Origin: a virus
Taxonomy: Duplodnaviria > Caudoviricetes
Length of the DNA stretch: 41,313 nucleotides
Strand: one strand, 5' to 3'
Virus record (IMG/VR): IMGVR_UViG_3300025889_000261
Span: 1-41,313 of that record
Below are positions 26,919 through 36,046 of this stretch, piece by piece (the first letter of the stretch is position 1; every line of letters starts with the position of its first letter). The notes under the pieces were generated by a model, which searched no databases, was not told the origin of the DNA, and saw only the letters and a list, made by a program, of their open reading frames with translations. The position numbers and the translations under genes were made by a program.

Positions 26919-28612
26919 TAAGCCACTCCTACAATTTGCGATAATACGTTACTGCCTTCTAAACTTGCCGACGATAAATTTCTAGCGGATTCTGTGCCCT
27001 GCTTAATAAGCTCAGCCTGTTGTTGAGCCATTTGCGCTTGAGCGCGTTGATTTCTTATTTCTGCTACAAGTTCATCATCTCGTATAATCCCGGGGGGAAT
27101 ACTTAACATATCCGCATAATCAGACATCATTTTGTCAAAATTGATTTTATCTAAAACCTCAGGATTAATATTTGCAGATTGACCAGCAAAAAGAGCAAAC
27201 CGGTCGACTCCATTTGTCCCAAGAAGCTTTTGAGCTTCGGCCATAACAGAAACATATTCGACCTTTAATTCTTGTCCCTGCAATTCTTCGGGCGGTTCTG
27301 GTATTAAGCCCTGCCGTTCCATAATCATGAACGTGATATCAATCAATGGATCGAGTAAATCTTGATTAATATGTTCCAGAACAGGGCCTAACGCGAGTAA
27401 TTTTTCATCGTGTCGCATTTCAATTTCTGTTGCTGTAATTTGTCTTCGGTCTGACATCGACAGCATTAAAAAAAGATCTTCATAAAAAGCCTTTTTTATT
27501 TTATCTTCACAAATAATAATATCTTCACGTATATCAGCCGTTCCAATCGTCACATCGTGTGCAGATCTAAATGCTTTATTCCCGTCTCGTTCGTCTGCGT
27601 AAGTGACGTCCCCTGGCAAAATTGATGTTCTTGAGTTCATCAAACTTAGCGATGCTACCATTGGAGGATTAACAGATTTTTCTACAACTTGCGCTTTTCG
27701 TTTTTCCATAATTTGAAGTTGTTTTATATACCCAAGTGATGAAATTCCGGGGCTATCAGTTGCGTAAGAATCTTCAACTTGAGATTCCCACTTTGGCGCT
27801 AAAATTTGAAAATAATCAAATCCTGATTCTTTTAGTAAAACACCGTAACTATCGCCATGAGTTCGCTCGTAATAGACCGACTTAAATCGTTTATTTTTCG
27901 AAATTTGTGAATTTGGAACATATGCGTCATTCGGTATGATTGCGTGGCAAACTTCTATCCAGGCCTCTTTTTGGCCTGTATCCCATAACTGTTTTATATG
28001 CGAGCTTATATTTTTAAAGTTGTATTCTTTTTTTCTCAAATCGTATTCGGCAAACATTTCTACAATCTGTCTAACTGTCAGCTTAAAATCTCGAATAAAA
28101 ACACGAGTTCGATCTTTTGAATCGTTGGCCAACATATAACTACCAATTGGATAAACTCGAAAATGAACAACAGATTCGAAATCCTCCTCAACAGACATAC
28201 ATCCAGTTCCAAAAACCCCCATATCGCCGTATAGCACGGGTAATACTTTGTATAAATTTGAACGTATAAAAACATGTGCCATCCGCTGTGTAACATCGTG
28301 TAGCCATGCTTTCACTGATTCTAGTTTGTTTAGTTCTGTGTCTTGTGTTCCCAACTTAAACCAAGGGCGTGCGGGAGAAGTGACGCCCGACATCATTCCA
28401 CTTCTAAGCGTTCTCGCTGCAAGTGTGGCTGTAGAATTGATAATTTTAGAGTTTTTTTTAATCCCATTATTTGTGTCTGAGTGAAGAAACCTAGGCCTAA
28501 CAGGCAAAATATATTCTCCTAGCTCACGCCAGTGACTTATAAATGACGATCTCTCAGTTTCTAGCTGAGTTCTTAATAAATCTATTTTTTTTATTAAAGT
28601 ATCTTTAATCAT
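26918..28612 (-). CDS. Portal / head-to-tail connector
   Basis: 'ERSSF..HW.EL..YILP.R.RF', 'SG.TSPARPWF', 'ITATEI..R..EKL..LGPVLE.I..LL.PLI'. Confidence 0.95.
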   Translation of the reverse strand: MIKDTLIKKIDLLRTQLETERSSFISHWRELGEYILPVRPRFLHSDTNNGIKKNSKIINSTATLAARTLRSGMMSGVTSPARPWFKLGTQDTELNKLESVKAWLHDVTQRMAHVFIRSNLYKVLPVLYGDMGVFGTGCMSVEEDFESVVHFRVYPIGSYMLANDSKDRTRVFIRDFKLTVRQIVEMFAEYDLRKKEYNFKNISSHIKQLWDTGQKEAWIEVCHAIIPNDAYVPNSQISKNKRFKSVYYERTHGDSYGVLLKESGFDYFQILAPKWESQVEDSYATDSPGISSLGYIKQLQIMEKRKAQVVEKSVNPPMVASLSLMNSRTSILPGDVTYADERDGNKAFRSAHDVTIGTADIREDIIICEDKIKKAFYEDLFLMLSMSDRRQITATEIEMRHDEKLLALGPVLEHINQDLLDPLIDITFMIMERQGLIPEPPEELQGQELKVEYVSVMAEAQKLLGTNGVDRFALFAGQSANINPEVLDKINFDKMMSDYADMLSIPPGIIRDDELVAEIRNQRAQAQMAQQQAELIKQGTESARNLSSASLEGSNVLSQIVGVA

Positions 28613-28890
28613 GCGCCCAATAACCTTTTTTTACCTGTAACTGAACCTAATTTCTTAGTCAGAATCGTGTCACTTCGGCCATAATTTCCCATCGCTAGTT
28701 GACGCTGTCTCGCTCTCGCCTGATCTCTTTGAACAGTAGATTCTTGTATTCGTTCTTGATTAATAGCATCAGCTTCTAGTTTTTTAGCGTTAGCTTCTTG
28801 TTTTTTACGCTCATTATTTGCATCTTTACGCGTTTGTTCGCTATTATAAATAGAGTATATTGCAGAAGCTGCGGCTATAGTTTCACCCAT
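28609..28890 (-). CDS. Small virion assembly protein preceding the portal
   Basis: 'GR.DTILT...G....K.LLG' C-terminal motif. Confidence 0.7.
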   Translation of the reverse strand: MGETIAAASAIYSIYNSEQTRKDANNERKKQEANAKKLEADAINQERIQESTVQRDQARARQRQLAMGNYGRSDTILTKKLGSVTGKKRLLGA

Positions 28891-29338
28891 TTTTCAATCT
28901 CTTAACTAGTGTTATTTCAGATTCAACATAACCACATTTTTTTAAAAAACTTGTTATATCTAATCTTGTTGTTGAGTGTGTATAAATAAATTCAACTCCA
29001 TTTTTAATTAGTTGTGATTCACAATATTTTAAAAACTTTTTACCATGATTTTTTTTTCTGTAGTCTGGATGAATAAATAGACTATCTGAGCATGCTTGAA
29101 TGAATTGATAATGAGGATTTTTGCTTGTTATATAGATTGAGTAACCCACAAGATTAAGCTCGTCTCTAATTGTATAAATAGAAGTTATGCCGGCTATATC
29201 CAAATTCTTGTACACATTAAAATCAATATTGAGCGGATAATCTTTAAACTGCGCGACTTCGTTATAATGAATCTCCGCAAGTTTCATCACGTCATTTTCA
29301 ACTGAAATAAATGACTCTTGCTGATAAGTAACCGCCAT
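28883..29338 (-). CDS. GNAT-family acetyltransferase
   Basis: 'LVGY', 'D.LFIHPDYRK...GK.F.K..E..L...GV', 'FLKK.GY' motifs. Confidence 0.85.
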   Translation of the reverse strand: MAVTYQQESFISVENDVMKLAEIHYNEVAQFKDYPLNIDFNVYKNLDIAGITSIYTIRDELNLVGYSIYITSKNPHYQFIQACSDSLFIHPDYRKKNHGKKFLKYCESQLIKNGVEFIYTHSTTRLDITSFLKKCGYVESEITLVKRLKNG

Positions 29339-29388
29339 ATTTTCTATACTATAGATTTAAATGTATTTATTCATTTGCCAAAATGTAT
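29339..29388 (-). promoter_or_regulatory. Putative phage late promoter, copy 2
   Basis: ATACATTTTGGCAAATGAATA-N14-TATAGT-N9-ATG; matches 5977-6026. Confidence 0.7.
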
Positions 29389-29393
29389 CAATT

Positions 29394-30851
29394 CTATTTA
29401 AACGGGTCATAGTCTGATACATGCTGAACCCTGTTTGGGATTGTAATATCGCCAATCTTTGGTTTAGATGTTGGCATCTCTTGAAGATAGAATGTTGTTG
29501 CAAGGGCATCCCCAAAGTCAGGACTAAATTGAAGCCGTTTTTTGATCTGCTCTTTTTCTTCTAGTCTAAATTTGCCATCTTGATAATAAAATTGTGGTGA
29601 CGATAACTCGCGTATTAGAACTGGTACATCCGGTAATACCCCGCCTTTCTTGACCCACTCGGCCATTCTGAACCATATTTCAGCCCGAACGTTGTAAAAT
29701 CTTGGATCTTGCGTTGATTTTGAAGCAAAGTTTACTTCAATCGGGACATGACCTGCTTGTATTAATGAATCAACAACACCGGCCCCCCAACCGCCTGTCC
29801 CGTCGATAAATTCACGCTCAGAACCAAACTCGTTTTTCACGTAAGCAACTTTAGCCGCTACTTCATTTGATCTAGCATTTCGCATTTGTGCCGGATTAAA
29901 TGCACGTAGACCCTGGCGAGGAAATATTACTGTAGAATCGTCACCGAATCGCGCCACATCAACTCCTATTCGTTTTTCTGAAAAATTATACTGAGATTCT
30001 ATAATTGATCTGTTCATAGCTTCTTGAATCTCGGTGGGTGAAAGCAACGTATTCAAAGATGAATTTGGAAACTGTCCAAGTATGTAGGACATTACCCACG
30101 GGTTATCGCGCCCATAAGTTTTTATTTGCTCTTTAGCCCATCCGATATCAATACGCTGTGATCTGTTTGGGTCGTCTGGATCTCCGGTAATGCAAATTAC
30201 ATGCCAAAGATGTCTAAGCGTTGAATAAGCGGCGTACAGCATTCCGTCCATAGAAGTTGGGTTGCCTGCCTGAACTATTTTACCGAATCCTTTAGCTTCA
30301 CCTAGGGCCTGTTCGGCTGCTCTTAGTACAGTAGTTGGAATCTCCCCGGATTCATCGATAATAAAAAATACATACTCGCTATGAATGCCCGACAGTGTCG
30401 CGCCCTGTGTGTCGGGGTCCGCGTCTTTCGGCCAGGATCTAGCAGACATAAACCACGTTTCGGGGTGTTGAGAGTTATATATGCGCTCTTTAGTCCATAC
30501 AAATACGGATTTTAAAAAAGGGGAAACATTCATCCATTTTGCAAGTTCTGGCCACAAATTGTCTTTCAAATTGTCCCTAGTAACCGCAATCGCCACGGCC
30601 TTTGGATGCCTGTCTTTATGCCCAAAACATGCTAAAAACCAAAGGCCAGCCCATGCCAATGCGGCGGTTTTACCAGGACCGGCACAGGCGTTTAGTGATA
30701 TACGTTTTTTGATTGGATCATTTGAAGCTAAGGCTTCTAAAAACTGACACTGCCAAAAATCAGGTTCTACTAGAAAATTATCACGTACAAACGAAACCGG
30801 ATCATTTCTCCATTTTCGTATTTTCTCACTGGCCTCCCTAATTAAATGCAT
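29394..30851 (-). CDS. terL: Terminase large subunit
   Basis: Walker A 'ACAGPGKT', Walker B 'FFIIDESG', 'GNP', nuclease 'GVDVARFGDD' and 'SPDFGDALA'; start either 30851 (after AGGA) or 30875. Confidence 0.95.
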   Translation of the reverse strand: MHLIREASEKIRKWRNDPVSFVRDNFLVEPDFWQCQFLEALASNDPIKKRISLNACAGPGKTAALAWAGLWFLACFGHKDRHPKAVAIAVTRDNLKDNLWPELAKWMNVSPFLKSVFVWTKERIYNSQHPETWFMSARSWPKDADPDTQGATLSGIHSEYVFFIIDESGEIPTTVLRAAEQALGEAKGFGKIVQAGNPTSMDGMLYAAYSTLRHLWHVICITGDPDDPNRSQRIDIGWAKEQIKTYGRDNPWVMSYILGQFPNSSLNTLLSPTEIQEAMNRSIIESQYNFSEKRIGVDVARFGDDSTVIFPRQGLRAFNPAQMRNARSNEVAAKVAYVKNEFGSEREFIDGTGGWGAGVVDSLIQAGHVPIEVNFASKSTQDPRFYNVRAEIWFRMAEWVKKGGVLPDVPVLIRELSSPQFYYQDGKFRLEEKEQIKKRLQFSPDFGDALATTFYLQEMPTSKPKIGDITIPNRVQHVSDYDPFK

Positions 30852-30915
30852 ACCGATCCTGTGAAAGAGAGGCATTCTGCGAGGCTAAATTAGCGTGGCT
30901 TTATGCGTGTCTTTA
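30852..30915 (-). promoter_or_regulatory. TerL leader: heptamer array
   Basis: GACACGC (30905-30911), GCCACGC (30893-30899), GCCTCGC (30879-30885), GCCTCTC (30867-30873); spacing 12/14/12. Confidence 0.65.
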
Positions 30916-30918
30916 TTT

Positions 30919-31134
30919 TTACAATTTATTTCTAAATTTTTCTAAAAACTTATTCAATCTCTTAATTTCATCAATGAAAAAATCTGTTTCAAGTAGATAT
31001 TCAAAATCACCGAATATATCTGACGAAATATTAACAGAATTTTCATTTATAATCGTAATTTTGTGATAATCAAACAGTTTTACAAAAACCTGTCCATTCT
31101 CATCTATATACGCGCGACTAACTATTTCCATCAT
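30919..31134 (-). CDS. Hypothetical protein between terS and terL
   Basis: 71-aa ORF overlapping the terS end, in operon orientation. Confidence 0.55.
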   Translation of the reverse strand: MMEIVSRAYIDENGQVFVKLFDYHKITIINENSVNISSDIFGDFEYLLETDFFIDEIKRLNKFLEKFRNKL

Positions 31135-31639
31135 TTTCCCATGACTTTGTTAGAATCTGTTCTAATGTTAGCCCGCCTTCATGTTTCGTAGTAGTTTTGA
31201 ATCCGCCAAGATGAACGCCGAGTTTGTGTAGTGCCGAAATTTTATCAGAAGATTTAAGTTTTACTGTCGTATTTTCGCCCCATTTTGTTGTTTTTGTCTC
31301 GACAACTATTTCAGATATCGCAGCCGAAGCAATGGGGTTTTTTTTGAGTTTCTGGACATCAACAAGCCCGTTATCGTCAACGTAATCAATAATATTGAAA
31401 AACCCAATTTTTGCCATTTCTTGTATAATTTTATCGATATCAAAATCTATTTTCTCCTGAATTTTTTTTCGTTTATTTTCAATATATTCAATTATGTTGG
31501 TATTTGTTAGCAATTTTGACGCAGTGATTCTTGCTGAATTTTTTGAATATCCGGCTAAAATCGCAGCCTCTGTTCCGTTATTTGTTTTAATATAAAAATC
31601 TGCAAACAATTTATTTTTTGGCTTTAATTTACTGTTCAT
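31118..31639 (-). CDS. terS: Terminase small subunit
   Basis: 'LFAD.Y....NGTEAAI.AGYS..SA...AS.LL....I..YI' and 'KISAL.KLG.HLG.F'. Confidence 0.92.
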   Translation of the reverse strand: MNSKLKPKNKLFADFYIKTNNGTEAAILAGYSKNSARITASKLLTNTNIIEYIENKRKKIQEKIDFDIDKIIQEMAKIGFFNIIDYVDDNGLVDVQKLKKNPIASAAISEIVVETKTTKWGENTTVKLKSSDKISALHKLGVHLGGFKTTTKHEGGLTLEQILTKSWENDGNS

Positions 31640-31859
31640 ATCGTCCTAAAATTAATTCTTCTGCTGTCAAATTTATATTTAGTTCACGCGATTTTATTAA
31701 AGCGATCTCTTGTGCGTTTGTCGGAACGAACCCTTTTCTCGTAACCCATTTTCTAACCGCATCCGGTCGATAGCCTAAAATTTTGGCTGTTCTAGTCAAA
31801 CCGCCGAAAGCGATAATAACGCATTCAGCTGGTCTAACTTTTTTAATGGAAGTTGTCAT
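31629..31859 (-). CDS. Cro-like HTH protein heading the packaging operon
   Basis: 'VI.AFGGLT.TAK.LG....AV.KW...G.VP' pattern; start at 31859 fits a leaderless promoter. Confidence 0.7.
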   Translation of the reverse strand: MTTSIKKVRPAECVIIAFGGLTRTAKILGYRPDAVRKWVTRKGFVPTNAQEIALIKSRELNINLTAEELILGRYEQ

Positions 31860-31896
31860 TAGATATATTTTATACATTTTTATAGATAATATTCAA
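31860..31896 (-). promoter_or_regulatory. Putative sigma70 promoter (leaderless) of the packaging operon
   Basis: TTGAAT-N18-TAAAAT-N7-ATG; AT-rich context lowers certainty. Confidence 0.45.
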
Positions 31897-31941
31897 TATA
31901 CAAGCATATAATAATAAATACACAAAATTAGTTGATTTTAT

Positions 31942-31985
31942 TCTTGATATATTGATTTTAATACAACTGTATTGATATATCAAGA
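31942..31985. repeat. Nested inverted repeat in the divergent intergenic region
   Basis: TCTTGATATAT...ATATATCAAGA (11 bp) enclosing AATACA-AC-TGTATT; includes palindrome TTGATATATCAA. Confidence 0.5.
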
Positions 31986-32054
31986 TATTTCAATTTGTAT
32001 TTATAAAACAATTGATTTATTATGTATTCATCAAAACAAAAAAGGAGAAATAAT

Positions 32055-32255
32055 ATGAGTAAATTAGATAAATTAGCTGAAAGATTCGGATTAGAAGAAT
32101 ATGTTAATTATAAAATAGAACTCGGTAAGATTTACATAATTCAAAAAAACCAATTTGGACAAAGGTTTTGGTTATTTTTTGCTAATAAAATAGCGTATAG
32201 AGGAAACTACGTTGAAATGTTTAATGATATCGCAAATGCATTAGAAGAAGAATGA
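32055..32255 (+). CDS. Hypothetical protein (66 aa)
   Basis: AAGGAG SD before ATG 32055. Confidence 0.65.
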   Translation: MSKLDKLAERFGLEEYVNYKIELGKIYIIQKNQFGQRFWLFFANKIAYRGNYVEMFNDIANALEEE

Positions 32256-32280
32256 AATAAAAAACAAAAGGAGAATAAAA

Positions 32281-32634
32281 ATGATAAAGACATTAGAAAC
32301 AACTAAATACGCGGTAATAGGACAAGGGTATATCTGGGGAGTTGGGGAAAACGAAGAATCAGCAATCAATGAGGCTACAAAATCAGTTGAATTTAATTCC
32401 GGCAATGAGCCAACAATTAAAGATTATGACGAACTTAAGAAATACAAAAACTTTAGTAAATTTGAAAAAATGCAGTGGCAAATTGAAAACGACAAATTTA
32501 ATGGTTGGAAATTAGTTGAGATCAGCAATCAAATGTTAAATGAAGTGAAAAATGGAAACATTGATAATTATTATGAACACCCTGAAAATAGAAATCTTAT
32601 AATTTCGGAAAATGAATATAACGAACTGGATTAA
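32281..32634 (+). CDS. Hypothetical acidic protein
   Basis: AAGGAG SD, 117 aa. Confidence 0.7.
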   Translation: MIKTLETTKYAVIGQGYIWGVGENEESAINEATKSVEFNSGNEPTIKDYDELKKYKNFSKFEKMQWQIENDKFNGWKLVEISNQMLNEVKNGNIDNYYEHPENRNLIISENEYNELD

Positions 32635-32651
32635 TTTTTAAGGTATATAAA

Positions 32652-33608
32652 ATGATGTTTTTAGAAATACCTAAAAATCTTTTTGAAAGAGGCTGGAAAT
32701 ACAATAATTCAATAAAAGTAAAAGGTGACACGAAAATAACAACTTATAAAAAAGGGTTAAATTTAGATAAATCAATTTTTCACAGAAATATAATAATTGG
32801 GCTTTGTAATACGTGTGTAGATATTTATAAAATATTCTGGAATGAATTCGCCGGAGCTGGGGGGAGCGGTTATTTCCCTGGTCCACTTTATAACAAAGTT
32901 CTAATTAAGTCAGATTCAAAAATTATACTTAGTGAAGATATGATGAAAGAAAAAAGGCCGTTTGAACCAATTTTCAACGTAGATAAAGGTGAGTGTTCAG
33001 AGTGCAAAAATATTGGGCCGATAAGTAATGAATTTTTAACAAATAATAGTTGTAATAAAATTAAATATGAAATATTTTCGAGTGATCTGTTTTTTTTAAA
33101 TAAAGACTCGTTACCAGTAAAATTTAACGCGTCAGATACAATAAAATCTATCCCTTTTATAATTAAAAATGAGTCAATAAATAATATAAATAAACGTGAA
33201 TCTATAATGGGGTATTTTTGGAATAGAGGAAAATTAGTTTTTATTTTAAATAAAGACGTAAACTTTGAATCAGTTCTAAATCTTGATATAAGAAAAGTTG
33301 AAAATACACTATTTTATTTTTGCTATCTAGCTAAATACGGGGTTTTATCAAACGATAAAAAAGATATATTAATTAAAAATAATTTAAAGCCACAAGATTT
33401 TAAAGGCCCATATTTTAAAAAAATAACAAACGAGCTATATGGATTTATAGAAGGTGGCCTAACTTTAATTGACTCGTGTATCCGAGTATTTGAAATAAAT
33501 TTAAAAGATCCCCCTAATTTTGATTATATTGCTTTATGTAATGGAAAATTAAAATATATATTAAGATGTAAAATAAATAATATTATAAGGAATATAGATG
33601 AAATATAA
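32652..33608 (+). CDS. Hypothetical protein with two CxxC motifs
   Basis: CNTC and CSEC; 'AGAGGSG' loop; 318-aa open frame in very AT-rich DNA. Confidence 0.65.
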   Translation: MMFLEIPKNLFERGWKYNNSIKVKGDTKITTYKKGLNLDKSIFHRNIIIGLCNTCVDIYKIFWNEFAGAGGSGYFPGPLYNKVLIKSDSKIILSEDMMKEKRPFEPIFNVDKGECSECKNIGPISNEFLTNNSCNKIKYEIFSSDLFFLNKDSLPVKFNASDTIKSIPFIIKNESINNINKRESIMGYFWNRGKLVFILNKDVNFESVLNLDIRKVENTLFYFCYLAKYGVLSNDKKDILIKNNLKPQDFKGPYFKKITNELYGFIEGGLTLIDSCIRVFEINLKDPPNFDYIALCNGKLKYILRCKINNIIRNIDEI

Positions 33609-33834
33609 AAATAATACAATAAATGTTATTTACAAAAAAGTATTGGCAGCAACAAACAATTTTAAAAATACTTTTGAAATATTTAATTCAGTATCAAATA
33701 ATTACTCAAAATCAAATATTTTAGGATTCAGTAAACACGCTGATGATAAAAATTATCGAACAATGAGCGAGGACGATTTATTGTTTTTTTTGGACTCACT
33801 AATAATTTATAACAATAAAAATAATAAAAAATAA
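33598..33834 (+). CDS. Hypothetical protein
   Basis: 78 aa, overlaps the upstream stop. Confidence 0.45.
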   Translation: MKYKNNTINVIYKKVLAATNNFKNTFEIFNSVSNNYSKSNILGFSKHADDKNYRTMSEDDLLFFLDSLIIYNNKNNKK

Positions 33835-33898
33835 AAAAGGTAACAAAATCAATCAAATGATACCGATAGAAATTATTTAAAAAATTAAGGAGTTAAAA

Positions 33899-34105
33899 TT
33901 GAAAAGCAAACGAAAAAATATAGGGAAACCAAGGCAGTATGATTATGACGAAATTTATGCGGAATATTTAAAGCAAAGACACATTTTACTAAGCAAGCCA
34001 GGTGCGACTGCATCTTATAGAGAAGTCGCGGAAAAAATGAACACGCCGATCTCATTTTCACAACTAAGATTAATTGTTTTAAAAAAGTCTAAAAGTCCGC
34101 TTTAA
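33899..34105 (+). CDS. Small basic HTH DNA-binding protein
   Basis: AAGGAG SD, TTG start; 'GKPR' arm and 'SYREVAEKM..PISFSQLRLIV' helix-turn-helix. Confidence 0.65.
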   Translation: MKSKRKNIGKPRQYDYDEIYAEYLKQRHILLSKPGATASYREVAEKMNTPISFSQLRLIVLKKSKSPL

Positions 34106-34129
34106 TAAATTTTATTTTAATCATCGATG

Positions 34130-34156
34130 AAACCGATCAAATTCGATCGGTTTTTT
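34130..34156 (+). terminator. Rho-independent terminator
   Basis: AAACCGATC-AAATTC-GATCGGTTT running into a T-tract. Confidence 0.75.
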
Positions 34157-34418
34157 GTTATATATTCATTTTTATTTTAAATATTTAACGCTTCAATCCT
34201 AAAAATACCCATAATTTTTTTTAAAAAAAAGGTATTTTATTGTGTCGCATAATATTTATTTATTCAATCAATTCTTCACAAATTCTTTTATATCAAAGCA
34301 GATTTTATTTTCAGAAATATTTTAAGAAAAACGATAATATATTGATGGCAATGACATAAAACGTTAGAATACGTAGGGTCATGTAATGCTTTGATTAAAT
34401 TTGAAAAATAAAGGCAGT

Positions 34419-34445
34419 CCGGTTCAAGTCCGGCCCCCGGCACCA
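34419..34445 (+). mobile_element. attP core: 3' part of a tRNA (Leu-like)
   Basis: CCGG-TTCAAGT-CCGGC T-arm, CCCCGGC acceptor strand, A discriminator, CCA; no 5' half; lies just upstream of the integrase. Confidence 0.88.
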
Positions 34446-34578
34446 TTTATCTAAAACCATTATTATTTCAAATTTAGCCTCAAAAAAATATATGACGTGA
34501 AAATAAAATGATGTTTTGCGGAAATTTTGTTTTCAGAATATTTATAGAAGCAATAATTTACTTAAAAAAGGTGACAGC

Positions 34579-35706
34579 ATGAAGAACGGATATATAATAT
34601 CTAGAAAAACTAAAAAGGGTATTAAGCACTATTTCTATAATGACAAAAAAGTAGTTGACGAAAAAACAGGAAAAATTAGATTTACAAAAAAACCTATAAT
34701 TGGAATTGAATCCCCTCCGGTCGGCACATCGTTAAAAGAGGCGAACTATATGCTCATGAAATGGAAAAAATCAAAGCAAACTATAGATCGCGTAAAAATG
34801 ATTGATACTACAGCCGAGTGGATGGAAACTCACTATAAAAGAAAAAGACGTGGTGAAATTTCTTCAACATCAATAAATCACTTTCTTAATTATAATAAAA
34901 TTATTGATAACTTTTTTTCGACTTATTATGTTGATCAAATAACTATTGATGAATTTGACGAGTTCGTTGATGCTCATCTTCACTATTCTGATTCTCACTT
35001 AAATGCGATAGCTTACGAACTTTATTCAAGACTAGAGTATTGTTTTGTGAAAAAATATACTAACGAAAGATTTTTAAGAAAGTCAGTTAATAGACCCATG
35101 GAACGCAATAAAGATTTTTACGTTCCAACAATGGACGAAATACAAATAATCAGAAAATACGGGACTTTAAAGCTCCAACTATATATCGATTTTTTAATTA
35201 CGACAGGTATAAGAACACAAGAGTTTTTCATGATTGATAGAAGACGAGACATTGATTTAGAGGCTGGAATGATGTATATCGGTGAGCGAGACGCTCACGG
35301 AAGAAAGCTAAGAAAAAATAAACAAAATAAGCCATCTAGAGACATCCCGATATTTAATCAAACTATATCTACAATAAAAAAACTACTTGAATTGGTAGAA
35401 GGCCCTGGAATTTGCCCCTATGGATTTTCAAAAACAAAAACACCGACTGACGCGGCGACAAACGAAATCCGGCGAGTTGCTCAACTTGCAAAAAAAAACG
35501 GTGAAAATGTTTTTCATTTTACAGCTAAATCAATAAGAAAAACGTTTGCTAACTATATGATCGAAAAGGGAATAAATAAGGCATTACTAGCTAAATACAT
35601 GGGGCACGCAGAATCAACGCAAGTAAGTCACTATCTATCAATACCTAGCTCAAATTTAAATGACTTTAGCAATATTAAAAATTTAATGCCGAGTTTTATT
35701 CAGTAG
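34579..35706 (+). CDS. int: Tyrosine integrase
   Basis: 'TTGIR..E', 'KSIRKTFA', 'MGHA', 'HY'; start at ATG 34579 after AAGGTGA. Confidence 0.9.
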   Translation: MKNGYIISRKTKKGIKHYFYNDKKVVDEKTGKIRFTKKPIIGIESPPVGTSLKEANYMLMKWKKSKQTIDRVKMIDTTAEWMETHYKRKRRGEISSTSINHFLNYNKIIDNFFSTYYVDQITIDEFDEFVDAHLHYSDSHLNAIAYELYSRLEYCFVKKYTNERFLRKSVNRPMERNKDFYVPTMDEIQIIRKYGTLKLQLYIDFLITTGIRTQEFFMIDRRRDIDLEAGMMYIGERDAHGRKLRKNKQNKPSRDIPIFNQTISTIKKLLELVEGPGICPYGFSKTKTPTDAATNEIRRVAQLAKKNGENVFHFTAKSIRKTFANYMIEKGINKALLAKYMGHAESTQVSHYLSIPSSNLNDFSNIKNLMPSFIQ

Positions 35707-35908
35707 GCAAAAAATCAAGGTCTTTTTTTGGCGTTTCAGGCTCATTATCAGACGGTACATAGTCAATATAAAGCTCATCTGAAGGGAGTTGGTCAGGGAT
35801 TGAATTATTTCTCATGTAAACTTTATTAATATATTCGTAAAATACAGAATAAATCAAAGAAAATGTGATTATATATATAAATAATCTTTTCTTTTCTGAT
35901 TCTGACAT
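35696..35908 (-). CDS. Small single-TM protein with own leaderless promoter (moron-like)
   Basis: TM 'LFIYIITFSLIYSVFY', acidic tail; TGaTATAAT 6 nt before ATG. Confidence 0.6.
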   Translation of the reverse strand: MSESEKKRLFIYIITFSLIYSVFYEYINKVYMRNNSIPDQLPSDELYIDYVPSDNEPETPKKDLDFLPTE

Positions 35909-36046
35909 TTATACATTATATCATGCCTATTTATAAATACTTTTTCATTATTCAAAACAAGTTATTTTAACTTAAAATCAAACAAAATAACTCTAATTTA
36001 TTAATATAATTAGGAATTTATTAATTATTTGATTTTAGGCTTTATT

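Noticed and set aside
34242-34269. dif-like site (GTGTCGCATAA-TATTTA-...)
   Set aside because: The XerC-like arm is plausible but the XerD arm (TTTATTCAATC) departs from TTATGTTAAAT, and the phage has its own integrase and attP
34370-34445. Complete tRNA gene
   Set aside because: Only the T-arm and 3' acceptor strand exist; no D-arm, anticodon arm or 5' acceptor strand
35960-36040. Structured ncRNA from nested repeats (TAAAATCAAA/TTTGATTTTA, AATTTATTAAT twice)
   Set aside because: Extremely AT-rich, so such repeats are expected by chance; unsupported without covariation
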